DNA of 64,000 bases from Ruditapes philippinarum (taxonomy: Eukaryota): positions 1 through 64,000 of the forward strand of contig NW_026854483.1 of NCBI RefSeq assembly GCF_026571515.1, read 5' to 3'. The notes beneath the pieces are model-generated. The model was given only the letters and a program-made list of their open reading frames with translations, had not been told where the DNA came from and ran no database searches. Shown in pieces: positions 1 through 12,900 of the stretch (positions within the stretch are counted from its first letter, which is position 1; each line of letters opens with the position of its first letter). The position numbers and the translations under genes were made by a program.

Positions 1-126
1 ATAGAAAATTTTATCTTTACTGTAAATCTTCACTGTAAATGATACACAAGGTTAAAATAAACCTTGAGAATTGTTTTATTATACAAAAGCATTTAAGGAA
101 AAATTCATGTTAAGGTTGTCATTTAA

Positions 127-521
127 CCCATTACGCGATATACACGCCTAGAAAATTTTGGACTGGTGAGAGGCTATAAATGACCCAGATTGATCATAAG
201 GTAACATGTAACCAACTATGAAAAGCATTTCACTCTATCTCAATCCATTGCAGAAGTTGCAACACTTAAAAATCAATTTTGATGGAAAAAATCAACGCAA
301 AATAGTGATTTTTGGCAATTTTGAGATGTCCCCTCGTTGCCATGGTAACAGAAAATTTAAGCCTGAGCATGTTGTTGCAAGGGCAATGGTCCAGTCAACA
401 TTTGTGCCAAGTTTGATTAGTGTTGAAGCAGTTTTTATAGTATTATAGCAACTTGAACTTGTAACGGGAGACTTTTCAATGAAAACAGCCATTTTTCACA
501 AAATGCTCATGAAGTAATGGG
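127..521. mobile_element. piggyBac-type non-autonomous element (MITE)
   Basis: TTAA|CCCATTAC ... GTAATGGG|TTAA termini (TTAA TSD, CCC/GGG ends). Related inverted copies at 43849-44460 and ~27480-28125. Confidence 0.75.
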
Positions 522-810
522 TTAAGTAAATAATGCTGATTCAGCTAAAATATTAATCTAATGATATAAATGTAAGTATTTAAGGATCATTTGTAAATAC
601 TGTATTAGTAAATATATTATTCCTAATTTCATAAATAAAACACCTAGAAAATTACTAGAAAATTAGTCAGTCACTAACAAAAACAACAAAATGCTATAAA
701 ATTGTCACTACTTTGAGTAAGTCATAAAGTAAATCAAATATAAGTGCACTTGCACATGACATGATACATAAATATTGTAGATAAGTAGAAAAAAATCCCC
801 TATAAAACAA

Positions 811-1167
811 ACAAGCAAGATCAGTGATCACATGTGTCACCTGATGATAGCCAATTGCATGTTGCAGCTATTGTGTAGCAAGAAACACAAAAATCATGAA
901 CAGGGCAAATCATGATTTTTATTCAAAAATCATTAAACCTGAAAACTTGTGTAATATTCCCAAATACTTGAACCATTACTGGGTCAAAATCATTGAACCT
1001 GGAAATATCGACAATATGCATGATTAGACTTGGTACTGATCATTCCTTTTAAGTTTGGATGAAACTGCACGGAGAAGTCCAGACAAGTTTTGTGACATAC
1101 AGACAGACGGACAGGTGGAGGAGAAGTGATGCCTATATGTTGCCGCTATTCTGTAGCAGGTGACACA
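811..1167 (+). mobile_element. degenerate Helentron-associated (HINE-like) element
   Basis: ACAAG start, subterminal inverted motif TGTGTCACCTG / CAGGTGACACA, (GACA/GACG)n microsatellite near the 3' end. Confidence 0.5.
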
Positions 1168-2092
1168 ACAAGAGCTGTCAGAAGGACAGCGCGCTCGACT
1201 TTTTTAGTGCTTGCCTATAAAACAAAACTTTGACAGTTAAGGGCACACAAGACTTTAACTAGGAATTTCTAAGTACAAATCAAGAAACATTTTCACAGAG
1301 TTATCTTCTCTTGCTTACAGATAGGTCTCATGATGGCACATAAGAACTCCAACTTCCAAAGTAATATCTCAAATGGTTAAGTCAACAAGTGGACAAGAAT
1401 GAAAATTTTAACTGAGTTTCTAAGTCAAAAAGGGCCATAATTCAAATAAAATCCTTAACAGAATTACCTTTCTCCTGCCCATGTTTTGGGACCATGATGG
1501 TAAACAAGTATTCCAACTTTCAATTTAATATCTCAACCAGTTCAGTCAAAAAGTTGACTGGTACAAAAAAGTTAACCAAGATTCTAAGTCGATAAAAGGC
1601 CTTAATTTTTAAAACAAATCCCTGACAGAGTTACCTTCTCTTGCGTACAGATGGGGGTAATGATGTGAAATAGCATTAAAAGTTTCAAAGCAATATCTCA
1701 AAGGGTTAAGGCAATAAGTGGATTTTACCCATATTCAATGTATTTTCTAAGTCAAAAAGGGGCATAATTCTGTCAAAAAACCTTGACAGAGTTATGTCCT
1801 CTTGTCTGTTGATGAAGGTCGTGATGGTAAACAAGTATGGTCAGTTTCAAAGCAATACCTCCAATGGTTTTGAAATAAAGTGAGGTGGTACAAAAAACTT
1901 AACCAAGCTCAATACACTTTCTAAGTCAAAAAAGGGCCATAATTCTGTCAAAAACCTTGACAGAGTTATGTACTCCTGTCTGTAGATGGAGGTTATGATG
2001 GTGAACAAGTATGGTAAGTTTCAAAGCCATACTTGTAATACTTCTGAAATAAAGTGGGGTGGTACGAAAAACTTAACCAAGGTGTGACGCCA

Positions 2093-2129
<37 letters not shown>

Positions 2130-2172
2130 GGCGAGTAGGATAGCTCCCCTTTTCATAGAAAAGTCGAGCTAA
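1168..2172 (+). mobile_element. HINE-like element with internal ~165-175 bp tandem repeats and (GCCGAC)n
   Basis: Starts ACAAGAGCTGTC..GACAGC..CTCGACT and ends AGTCGAGCTAA (subterminal inverted repeat). About 5 core repeats. (GACGCC)n at ~2087-2127. Same ends as 12743-13486. Confidence 0.75.
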
Positions 2173-2557
2173 AAATCAATCAAACAACAGGTTTCAGTTT
2201 TTCACTATTATTAATATCTTGATATTGAAGTTTTTCTTCACTCATGTGACTTAATCAACATTGATATTTGAGCATTTCTTACCAAAAAGTTATTTAATTT
2301 TTTTTTGTATTATATATTACAAGCAAAACACATCTGAATGACTGTAGAATAAAGATAACCTGTGTAAAACAACATACATTTACTCAACTCTTCTAAACAT
2401 AAATTGAAGTAACTTAAATGAATAAATTCAATTAACAAAAAAACAACAACAAAAAAACAAACATAAAAACAACACATTCTTACATAGCAAAACATAGATA
2501 AGCTGCACAGTGATAACAAAAATAAAGCCTGAAATATCTGAATATTTAGACATAAAT

Positions 2558-2792
2558 GAGCCGCAACATGAAAAAACCAACATAATGCGTTTGCGACCAG
2601 CATGGATCCAGAGCAGCCTGCGCATCTGCACAGTCTGATCAGGATCCATGCTGGTCGCTTACAAACCCTTTTAAAAGTAGAGAAACTGATAGCGAACAGC
2701 ATGGATCCTGATCAGACTGTGCGCATGCGCAGGCTGGTCTGGATCCATGCTGGTCGCAAACCCATTACGTTAGTTTTGTCGTGACGCTGCTC
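2558..2792. mobile_element. 235-bp palindromic MITE, Sola-like
   Basis: GAG...CTC termini flanked by AAAT on both sides, ~100-bp inverted arms. Second copy of the same length at 12078-12312. Confidence 0.8.
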
Positions 2793-3930
2793 AAATCACA
2801 ACTAGGAAGTACTGTATATAGTACCACCCTTATCACAGAGAGAAGTTACAATTTACATGTCAATAAAAAACATACATATGTACAATAATTTCTAAATTCA
2901 GACAATTCGTATTAACTTTGCCTTCATTTAAGTACAGACATCATTCTTTTTTTTTGTGGGACACTTTCACACATTATAAGTAGATACAGTTGTTTATGAA
3001 AGCACCGACTTAAAACCTGAAGAATGTATATTGAAACCTGTGGTTGACATGTGTTTGTCTGAAAATTTATTCATAATTCAAAAATAAGAATGTACACATT
3101 ATCTCTTAAAAGAAATCATTTCAAACAGCAAAGTTTTTTGTAGGGATGGCAATGAGTTACTGGTTAATTTAATGCTCGAACTTAAGTTCTAGTATAGATG
3201 TATCGGTAATCAAAATTGATACTTGAGTACACATACTTTCAACAAAAAAAGAACCTCTTAATCTTAACATCATGGATACTATTTCACCAACAAGTTAAAA
3301 TTGAAACACCATAAAATGTTCACCTATATAAAGTAATTGTATCACAGGTAAAGCCTTGCCATTTGTGTACAACATCAATACAGTTAACATATCAATGTAA
3401 GTAAAACTATAAACAGATGCATAAAGATTCTTATATACCATACAAACCTTCAAAACAATGAACTCACAAAACCATTGATAAAAAGGATTCAAAAGAAATT
3501 AACATCTTAAAGCGATTTCATAGGACATATTTTCTTTTTTCTTTCTAAATATCTTTATTCTTTCTAAGTAACAAAATAGCATGAAATAGGCTCTGATAAA
3601 ATTATTTTCCCGACTTTCTTTTAATATGCAAATTTATTTCATTAAAAACATCTATATTGCAAGAAATTTGAAACAGTGTAAAAAGTACTTGTTTAAAAAA
3701 TTACAAAAAAGACTAAATTTTGAACATACTTGAAGACAAATCAATACAATAAATAATTGTGACTACATTTTCAGTTTTGATTCACCAGGAACAACATATT
3801 TATATTGTATGAAAAATATTTCATATTCATGTATATATAAAACTAAACAACATAATGTTAAAAAGAGCCAAGTTTGAATCTTTGAGACTTGGTATCACCA
3901 CAGCTGTTCTTCTGTCCTCCCTCGTGAAAG

Positions 3931-6900
3931 CTATGTGTATTTAGAGTTGGCACTGGAGAATAATTTGTAATACCAGAACTTTATCTGCATGACCGTGTCC
4001 GAGAAGAAATAACCAACATTTGTACATGTTGATGGTGATTGTAGTCTGCAGAACAAATAAATGCCAAGAAGGAACAGGACAAACAACAAAATAAAAAAGA
4101 AACACAGGAGCACAAAGCGGGCACATTTCTCCTCTGAAATAAAAGAAAGACAACAAAACATGTTAGTACAGCTTAAAAACAAATGCCAAAATATCATACA
4201 GATACTTAGAAATGTCACTGTAAGACTGTGTCTGGCCACAAAATATTAAAGACTTGGAGTTACAGTAACATGAAAATTACTTATATTACTGGGTACTATT
4301 GTTTCTTAACAGTTTTTTTGTCAATGGCTGAAACAATATGAATCTAAAGCTGACTACAAACAATTGCAGACAATTGACTGTCTATCAATTATTTCAATGT
4401 TGACTGTTAATGAATTGGTTTAATGACGAATCAAAAGGCCATCCATCATACTTGTATACTAATATGAGCATATGAAATAAACTGTCTCTACAATTTGATA
4501 CATACCTCTATCAAGCTCGGCATCTGAAGGCACTTGTGATTCATCAAACCTAACCTTCTTTTCTCTGTCACCTACAACAGAAGTATAGTTTAGAATTAAA
4601 GTTTGTGTAATAATGCCAAGCTATATTACATATATCTCAGCATGCTAGCAGTAACACTGACATGTCTAAAGCATAAGAACCAAGTATGACTAGTGTCTAC
4701 ATGTACTTAATTGTACTACTGGCTTCATTTTTTAATGTTTGATATTGAACAGTCTTAAATCAGCTTCCATTTTATATCTGGCCATGTCCCATTACAAAAT
4801 TCTTGCAACAATTAAGTCAAGTAAGTTTAAACAGATAGATAACATTTATCATTCTGATAAGCATGCCATTTTTTCATTGTTTAAATTTCTAATGATTAGC
4901 ATGTTTTGCATTTCAATCCCATAAAACATAACAATCAAGAATACTTCCAATTATTACCCTAAGATTCAAGCAAACTTTACATCTCCTTTGAAACAAAAAT
5001 TTATCTGTAAAATCTAAAATTTAACAATGGAATAAATAAAATGATAACAGTAAAACTTGTCTTTATAAAAAAAATTACTTTCCCTTTCACTCAAGCGATA
5101 ATAACTTTTACACCAAACATTATATTAATTTCTCACCTTCAGTATTCTTTCTTTTTCTCAATATTGAGGTAGGTTCAGGAGTGTCTGCTGGAGTTGTCTC
5201 CCATGACACAGTAGGGGAGGTAATATCTGGTTCCCCAGACTTGGCATATTTACTCATTGATTCTGCAACAAACAAAAAAGAAAAACACTTTCTTAAAAAC
5301 ATATATTTATAAATATAGGCTTTTGTGTGTACATCATATTAGCTCAGTCAAGAGTTTCCTCTCTTTTCAATAAATGCTATGATCCAAGTCATTTTTATTA
5401 TCACCATCTTTAATGATCAATTGTAAAATGTTTGATTACAAACAAATTACAATATAATCTTATATCATTACCATAAAAAAATTTCCTTGTATTTAAAAAG
5501 GAAGAAAAATTAATAACAGTTAAAAACAGGAGGTAAAATCTAATGTAGCCAGCAATTATTTTGTTTTCTTCACTAATTTTGTATCAAACAAGCTTAAATC
5601 TCTCCCAACAAATCAATCAAATGTTAAAATACCCTAAATATTGTGCCTCCTTTAAACTATTAATTCATTTCATATAAATTGTTGTAATATAACATATTGT
5701 TGTACTTTTTTTAAAAATTATATGACAGATAATAATAGCTTAAAGGACTTACTTCAATGTTATAATAATGTCTCTAACTATAAATGAAACTATAAAATTT
5801 GATCAGAAAATGATCAAAGTTGTTTTTTTATCAAGAAAGGACCAAGGTTTTCAAACTAAACAGTGTTAAAATGGCACTATCAAATATCAAAATAACATAG
5901 AATTAGAGCTGCCATAGAAGTGAGGAAAACCCCAACCTTCATCATGTATAGGATTTATAAAGCGACACAAGTTGTCAGACATTAATTTTGACCTTTACGG
6001 GTGACCTTGATCATAAGCCAGCACAAAGCCAGCATAGGTTTTGCACATTGCCTTGTAGAGGGAAAAACTTGAGCCAAGTTTAAAGAAAATCATTCTTCTG
6101 GTATATGACTTATATAGCAAACATGTAACTGTCTGATATTTGACCTTGAGCCTGCACAGAAGTGGCATGGATTCTGCACACCATTTGTTTAGGTGAACAT
6201 TTGAGCCAAGTTTGTAGAAAATCCTTCAAGTTCAAGGATTTCAGGATTAATAGAGTGGACACAATGGAGGTGGACAACTGACCTACCGACTGACTGATAT
6301 GACAAAATGATTCTAGTATAGCCTCCTTAACATTATGTGGCAGAGGTACAAGAATTAGTAATGTTGAGTTGGACTAATGGAAAAAAGTAATATTGAGATG
6401 GAACTAACAAAACAATATGGAATTAGAAAGGTTGAAAGATAAGATAAGTATTTGCAAATTAATATGAGATAATAACGAACTTTCAATGAATTGGTTTTCA
6501 TCATTTCTTACCTGTGTATTGAACTTTTCCAACCTCAGCATAGACTGTAGCAAAGAAATCAAGACTCTGTTGAACAAGGGGATTATTGTCACCATACACT
6601 TTCTGTCTTAACTTTGTACACTGTTCAAAATAAAACACAAAACATGTGTAACTTTGGGTATATTACATGCATTAAAGTGTTTCTTCGTGATGTAGGCCAT
6701 TACTTAACCCTTAACCTGCTGAATTTTTTAAATAAACTTGTCCAGTTACCATTTTGGAACTGTCTATTATTATTTTTTGGGATATTAAGATAAAATCTGA
6801 AGTTGGTCAGACTGCATGTATGAGTAGGCTGGCCTGGCTCTATACTGGTGGCAAAGATTACTTTCACTATATCTTATTTCAATTTGCAAGCTTTTTACAA

Positions 6901-9900
6901 TTTAAAATCAAACATTGTAAACTTAATTCTATAAACAATACTACAAACCAACGAGTATGACATGTTATCATAAATTTAACAACAATTAGATATGTAATTA
7001 ATAGTCATGTCATGTCTTGAAGATGGTATATTTTATAGATAAGTGGCTGGACAAAAAACACTCAGCTTTTTAAAAGTCAATAGAGAGGCTTTTGGTTGAG
7101 GCACTTTTATTCTACACTCATACACAAGAGAGAACTACACACTTTAAAACATTTTAAGTTTTAACATATACATGTATCATACATGTATCTAAATAATTGT
7201 GAATATGTAAGGAGTCTTACCTTGCCTGCATATTCTAGTGCTAACTGTGGTCTGAAAGAGCATAGTAGATAGATTTAACTATAGACAGAAGAATATACAA
7301 TGTATAGTCATATATACAATCTCTGATTTATGTTATCTTTAGATCCTTATTATCTAATAAATGAATACACTTACATGTGAGAATACAATGTGTTTGTCTG
7401 TTATAAACATATCAAGTTGTTGCCTTATCTTATCCTAGTTAAACATGTGACCTGTTTCAAACTTGTGTGAATATCTGGCAGAAAAATATCATATTCTTTT
7501 ATATGTAATAATTAAAGCTTTGTAATTCAGTGTATTGAGTAAAATTAAAACAACTCACTGTTTTTCATCAAGACATAGTTTAGCAAGCTGCTCATATTCT
7601 GAGGCTCTGAGGGCATCAATATTAGTGTCAGCTGTATCACCAGCACCCTGCTTTGTTACTTCATCTAAATATATATGTTACTTCATCTAAATATATACTT
7701 CATTTCATCTAAATACACTATTTACTTCATCTAAACATACAAATAACTTCATATAAATACACTATTTACTTGAATACCAAGCTACTTCACTTAAATAACG
7801 TAACTTCATTTGAATACACAAGTTATTTCATTTAAATATAGAAGTTTCTTCATTTGAAAACACAAGCTATTTCATTTGAATTTACACAAGTAACTTCATT
7901 TGAATGCACAAGTTACTCCAATTAAAAATATGAAAGTTATAGGAGTTTTGCATAACTTTAAAATCTGAAGTTAATTTTATTAAGAAATTCATAAGAAACC
8001 ATAAAATGAATGAACTTACTAAGATATGTTTTTATACTCTTTGATGATTGTTTTAAGATTCTTTAGTATTTCTTTTACTTGAAAGTGCTTTGTACTTGGT
8101 ACAAATGTGAACATATTTGAGGATACAGTGGGAAGCAGTGGTTCAGTGGAAGGCCACATATTTAAGACTATGAGTTCAAAGTTCAAGTTCCAAGTTCAAA
8201 TCCCATTAAGAACAATACTTATTTCCTTGAGCAAAAAATTCACTCCATATTGCTTCACTTTTTTCAATATGTATCACTATGGGTAGTTGGGAGGGCAGTA
8301 TAAATCCATGGTGCCACATTGTGGGCTGCCTTTAGTAGAGAGAACAGCTTCCTAGGGATACCATTACCCACTGACCAGCAGAAAATTGTAAATTTGACTC
8401 GAAACTTGTACTTTACAGTGATTTACTTACCTATATGTTTCTGTAACTCTGTGTCATCTATGAGAACACTTTCATAATATAACTTCTCTGCCTGGATAAA
8501 ACTGATTGCTTTATCAACTAGCATCTAAGTTAAGGAAAACTGGCTAACATTTTAATACCGAAACCTCCAAAAACAATCAAAATTACATGTTATAAGAGAA
8601 ATGTGTTCAGTTTAAAACCACACAGACACTGTTAAGGAAATATGGTGATTTACTAGCTTTAATTAGTGAAGGAAGACTGCAGTGGAAATATTTTGAGTGC
8701 AATAGAGCATCTGGATACAGTCAATAACCCACAACTAGCCTATTACAAGATATGTCATATCAGCAAGTTCAATCCTTAATGAATGCTTTGTAAAGTAAAT
8801 TAAACTAAATTACACAGCCTCTGAATCTAACATTTACATAGAAGTATATAACTTTTATGTTACAACAAAATAATGACTTAGCAATCAATTTAAGTGTATT
8901 ATTTATGATGAGACAAAAGTTTTATCTGTAAAAGGATACATTCATCTCTACCATAATAGATATCACCAATCTGTAAATTAAAGAATATTCATCTGACATA
9001 TAAACTGACCTTTAATTCAATCAAGCTAAGTCTATTTATTTTGTCTTGATCTACATCTCTGATATGGTAAGTGAAGACTGTGATAAATTATGTACATGGC
9101 AACAATACTAAATAAAGATAGTATAAATACCTTTATAAATAAAAAAATTATTCTATTTTAAGACATAAATGTAACATTGTTTCAGAAAATTAGAAAATAA
9201 TATGAACCATGGAATCCAAAAACTATATAATCCTTTCAAAATAAATTTACAGTAAAATTCTATATTTCATAATACACAAAGTTTAGTGTTTTAATAGACA
9301 TAGACACATTGTTTTAAATATATCTTGGCATATCATTTAGTTTTACTTACATTTCGCAAGCATTGAGGTAGCAATGCAAATCTTGAATTCTCTTTCAAAC
9401 CGACGAGACATTTTAGATATCGTTTCAATGCTTCCACTTTTTTTCCTTCTTTATCCAGCTTCAAACCTTCTTCAAACATCTGGTTCCTACCAGCATCATC
9501 TAGAGCTGGTTCCTTGCTCAAATCTATATTCAATTCTGGGTAAAATAATTCACGTACATTATCAACAAACATATAATTACCATATGATAGTTTCTTGCTT
9601 TCAAACACTAACAGTGTATGTATAAAGGCATCTCCTAAAACTTTCATCATCATGCTTATAATGGTACCAAAATAATGATATAAAAATCCTTGTACTTTGC
9701 TGTAGATCTTATATGCTATTTCACACAATGACTAATTATTTATAGTGATTGTAAGTTTCAATATGAAGCAGTATCACATATTTAAAAAGCTAAACAGAAT
9801 ATTCTGTGATAAATCATTTAGTCTTTAAAACATCTGCTACAGACAACTATATTTTACTACATCAACTAGTATATAAACATTCAATTTAAGATGACCAATA

Positions 9901-12900
9901 AAACAGGGATATAACCAAGAATGACTACCAGTATCAAGATCTTTATCATCCAGATCCTATTTTTACCCCTTAAATTTAGAGATAACAGAAGCTGTTAACT
10001 TATCACATTATCATTGTGACTTTTAATTATTATACAGATAACACATCTGTCTTCATAATATTTCCTGTACCTTTAAACTTAAAACAGGACACTTATAATT
10101 GATAAAACAAGATTAAATCAGGAAATTTAGAACCCTTCAATTACCCACAGGCAGTAGTAGACACCAAGTGAGAGTTATAATATAAATACATAGATTGTAT
10201 ATTATTAAAGGTGTTAATAAAGTTAACCAATTTTACATGTTAAGTGTTTGACAAGTGCTAATTTATGTTATCTTAAGTGTGTCCTTAAATGATAACAAAA
10301 CCACTTACTTGGCATACTACAAGAGAAGTACTTTGAATGGGCATCACAAATGGATATTGCAATATCAACTAACTGCATAGTAATAGAGGTGGACTTTACA
10401 TTAGATTTGCAGTGAATAACTTCTTCAAAGGTCATCATTAAAGAGAAGTGTTTTCTGTCATGATTAAGGTAGAAGTTTACCCTCACTCATAAACAAACAT
10501 TTCAAAAACTTAAACTAAAGACATATCATAAAAATGTATCAAGTATTTTATATCAGCTATTACATAACTTGAGAATAATGATGTCTGCTGACAAAGCTCA
10601 TAGAACGTTGACTTATACCACAGCATTATATCATTGTTTTATCCACCTTTTTTGTGCATTAACAATTGCAGAAGCACACAAGCCTGCAGATCAAAGGATT
10701 TAATAAGTCTGACCACCCCTTCTGCAGATGTAAATGCATGAAAAAAGGTGCATTAGAAATAAATTACATAAAACCATACATCTGATTTGATAATTCCTTG
10801 TTTCAATTTTTGTTATAAATATAAAGAATTCAGTTAGTTATGCTTTTCACCTGCTTGTGCAATGTCACTTGACAGGTATGTTTTCATAATGAAACTACCT
10901 GGGCTGTCATTGCAGTAAGCTGTGTTTACATGGTGCCTTGATAATAATTTAATCATAAACCATCTTCTTTAAAAACAACAAAAAAATGGTTCAAATTATT
11001 TCATTCTTTTACATGCTTTAAGGTATCATATTTTGTAGCTTACTTAACTGCTTTCTTATACAAATACAAGATATAACTTATTAACAGCAAAAATTCAACT
11101 ATACATGTAAATGTATATCTTTATATTACTCTATTGTTCATAACAGCAAAAATATGTCAGAGATATATATATATTATAGTGTTGCTGCTATGAAATACAA
11201 TTGTTGTGTAAGGGTAAAGATATACCTTAAATATAGATTAGCAATTATACTACAAAGTTGAATTAATAAATTTCCTTTTTATATAAGTGTTACTGAATGA
11301 TACATCGTCACATGAGATTTTAGATACTCCAGGCATAACAACAGGTACATTCATTCTTATTGTATTCTTTCTTTATAGTGAGCAAACAGAAAAAAGGGAG
11401 CAGTACTGATGAAGAAGAAAATTTGAACAAAAGTAAGTGCAAAGTTGTAAGAGGCCTGGAATCGTTGATTCACTACATATTAAATATATGAAAGTCATTT
11501 TTGCAACGTATTAATAAGAGTAATGCCAACTTTGTATTGTTTATATATGGATTTAAGAACATTCTCCTTATATACTTTTGTTTAACAATGTTTGTTTTCA
11601 ATATGATCGTACCATGACTTATGATTTATGTATTACGTTTTTTGTATTATGACTATGTACAAATATGTATATGTCAATAAATTATATCTATCTATCTATC
11701 TTTTTTCATCTTTTAATTTTCTGAATGTATATTATCGTTCAGGCCAAATTACACCATATATATTATAGTCACTATACCAAAATGATCAAAATTCATTGTT
11801 CAAAAATTTGTTAAGTAATCATTTAAGAAACTTATAGTGCATGTACTGTTAATAACAATAGGACTGGTACAAAAAAATTATTCTACTTGTATCCTATTAT
11901 CGCTTCTATATCCACCATTGATAGTTCATTGTTACTGACAGAATGATGTTATCAATTAGAATGAAGAGACAATGAGTCAATTGTTCTTGTTGTTGTATAT
12001 CATTGTAAACTACTTTGGTCATACAACATTTCCTTGAATATCGTGTCAGTCAATTAGTATCAATAAAGGAACTAAATGAGCCGTGTCACAACAAAACAAA
12101 CATAGTGTGTTTGCGACCAGCATGGATCCAGACCAGCCTGCGCATCCGCGCAGTCTGATCAGGATCCATGCTGTTCGCTTAAAGACCCTATAACAAGTAA
12201 AGAAACTGATAGCGAACATCATGGATCCTGATCAGACTGCGCGGATGCGCAGGCTGGTCTGGATCCATGCTGTTCGCAAACCCATTACGTTGGTTTTGTC
12301 CTGATGCTGCTCAAATGTTTATTTACAAATTATTGGAAATGTTTAAAAGGAGGGTAGACCAATTTTCTTATAAAGGGAATTTTAGTGAGTGTACTGGCAC
12401 TTCTGCAATCATTGTGATTGTATAATTTTTTCATCAATGAAATCAAGCAGATAAATATTCTGTAAATTTCATAAATATTCAGAAAAAAGTGTTTTGTTCA
12501 GGTGGATACTTTTATCTTAATTCTTGAATGAATCTTGCATTTTTCTTTGTCTTATATTTATCTTTCATAAGTAAACAACACAAGTGAGGACATCTTATTT
12601 AATACTAAATGTTTGGCAATGAGATATACATGTTTAAGTGTTTTGATCTTGCTGACTTATGGACTAAGTTATAGATGTTTGTTGTTCTTAAATCAACATT
12701 CTAAAGGTCATATCATTTATTTATATTAATATACAAATATAAACAAGAGCTGTCGGTAGGACAGCAACCCTCGACTATTCTTAGTGCTTGACAGTAAAAA
12801 AACCTTGATAATGTAAAATTTTCTAAGTTAACAAAAGGGCAAAATTTTTCTTTAAAACCATGTTACAGTTATAGGCCTTGAAGAGAGTCCTATTATGCTC

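Noticed and set aside
2310-2784. Short ORFs in the ORF track over MITEs, SINEs and HINEs (also 218-492, 13067-13300, 23052-23765, 44147-44365, 48676-48918)
   Set aside because: They coincide with repeats, lack recognisable domains and lack coherent splice structure.
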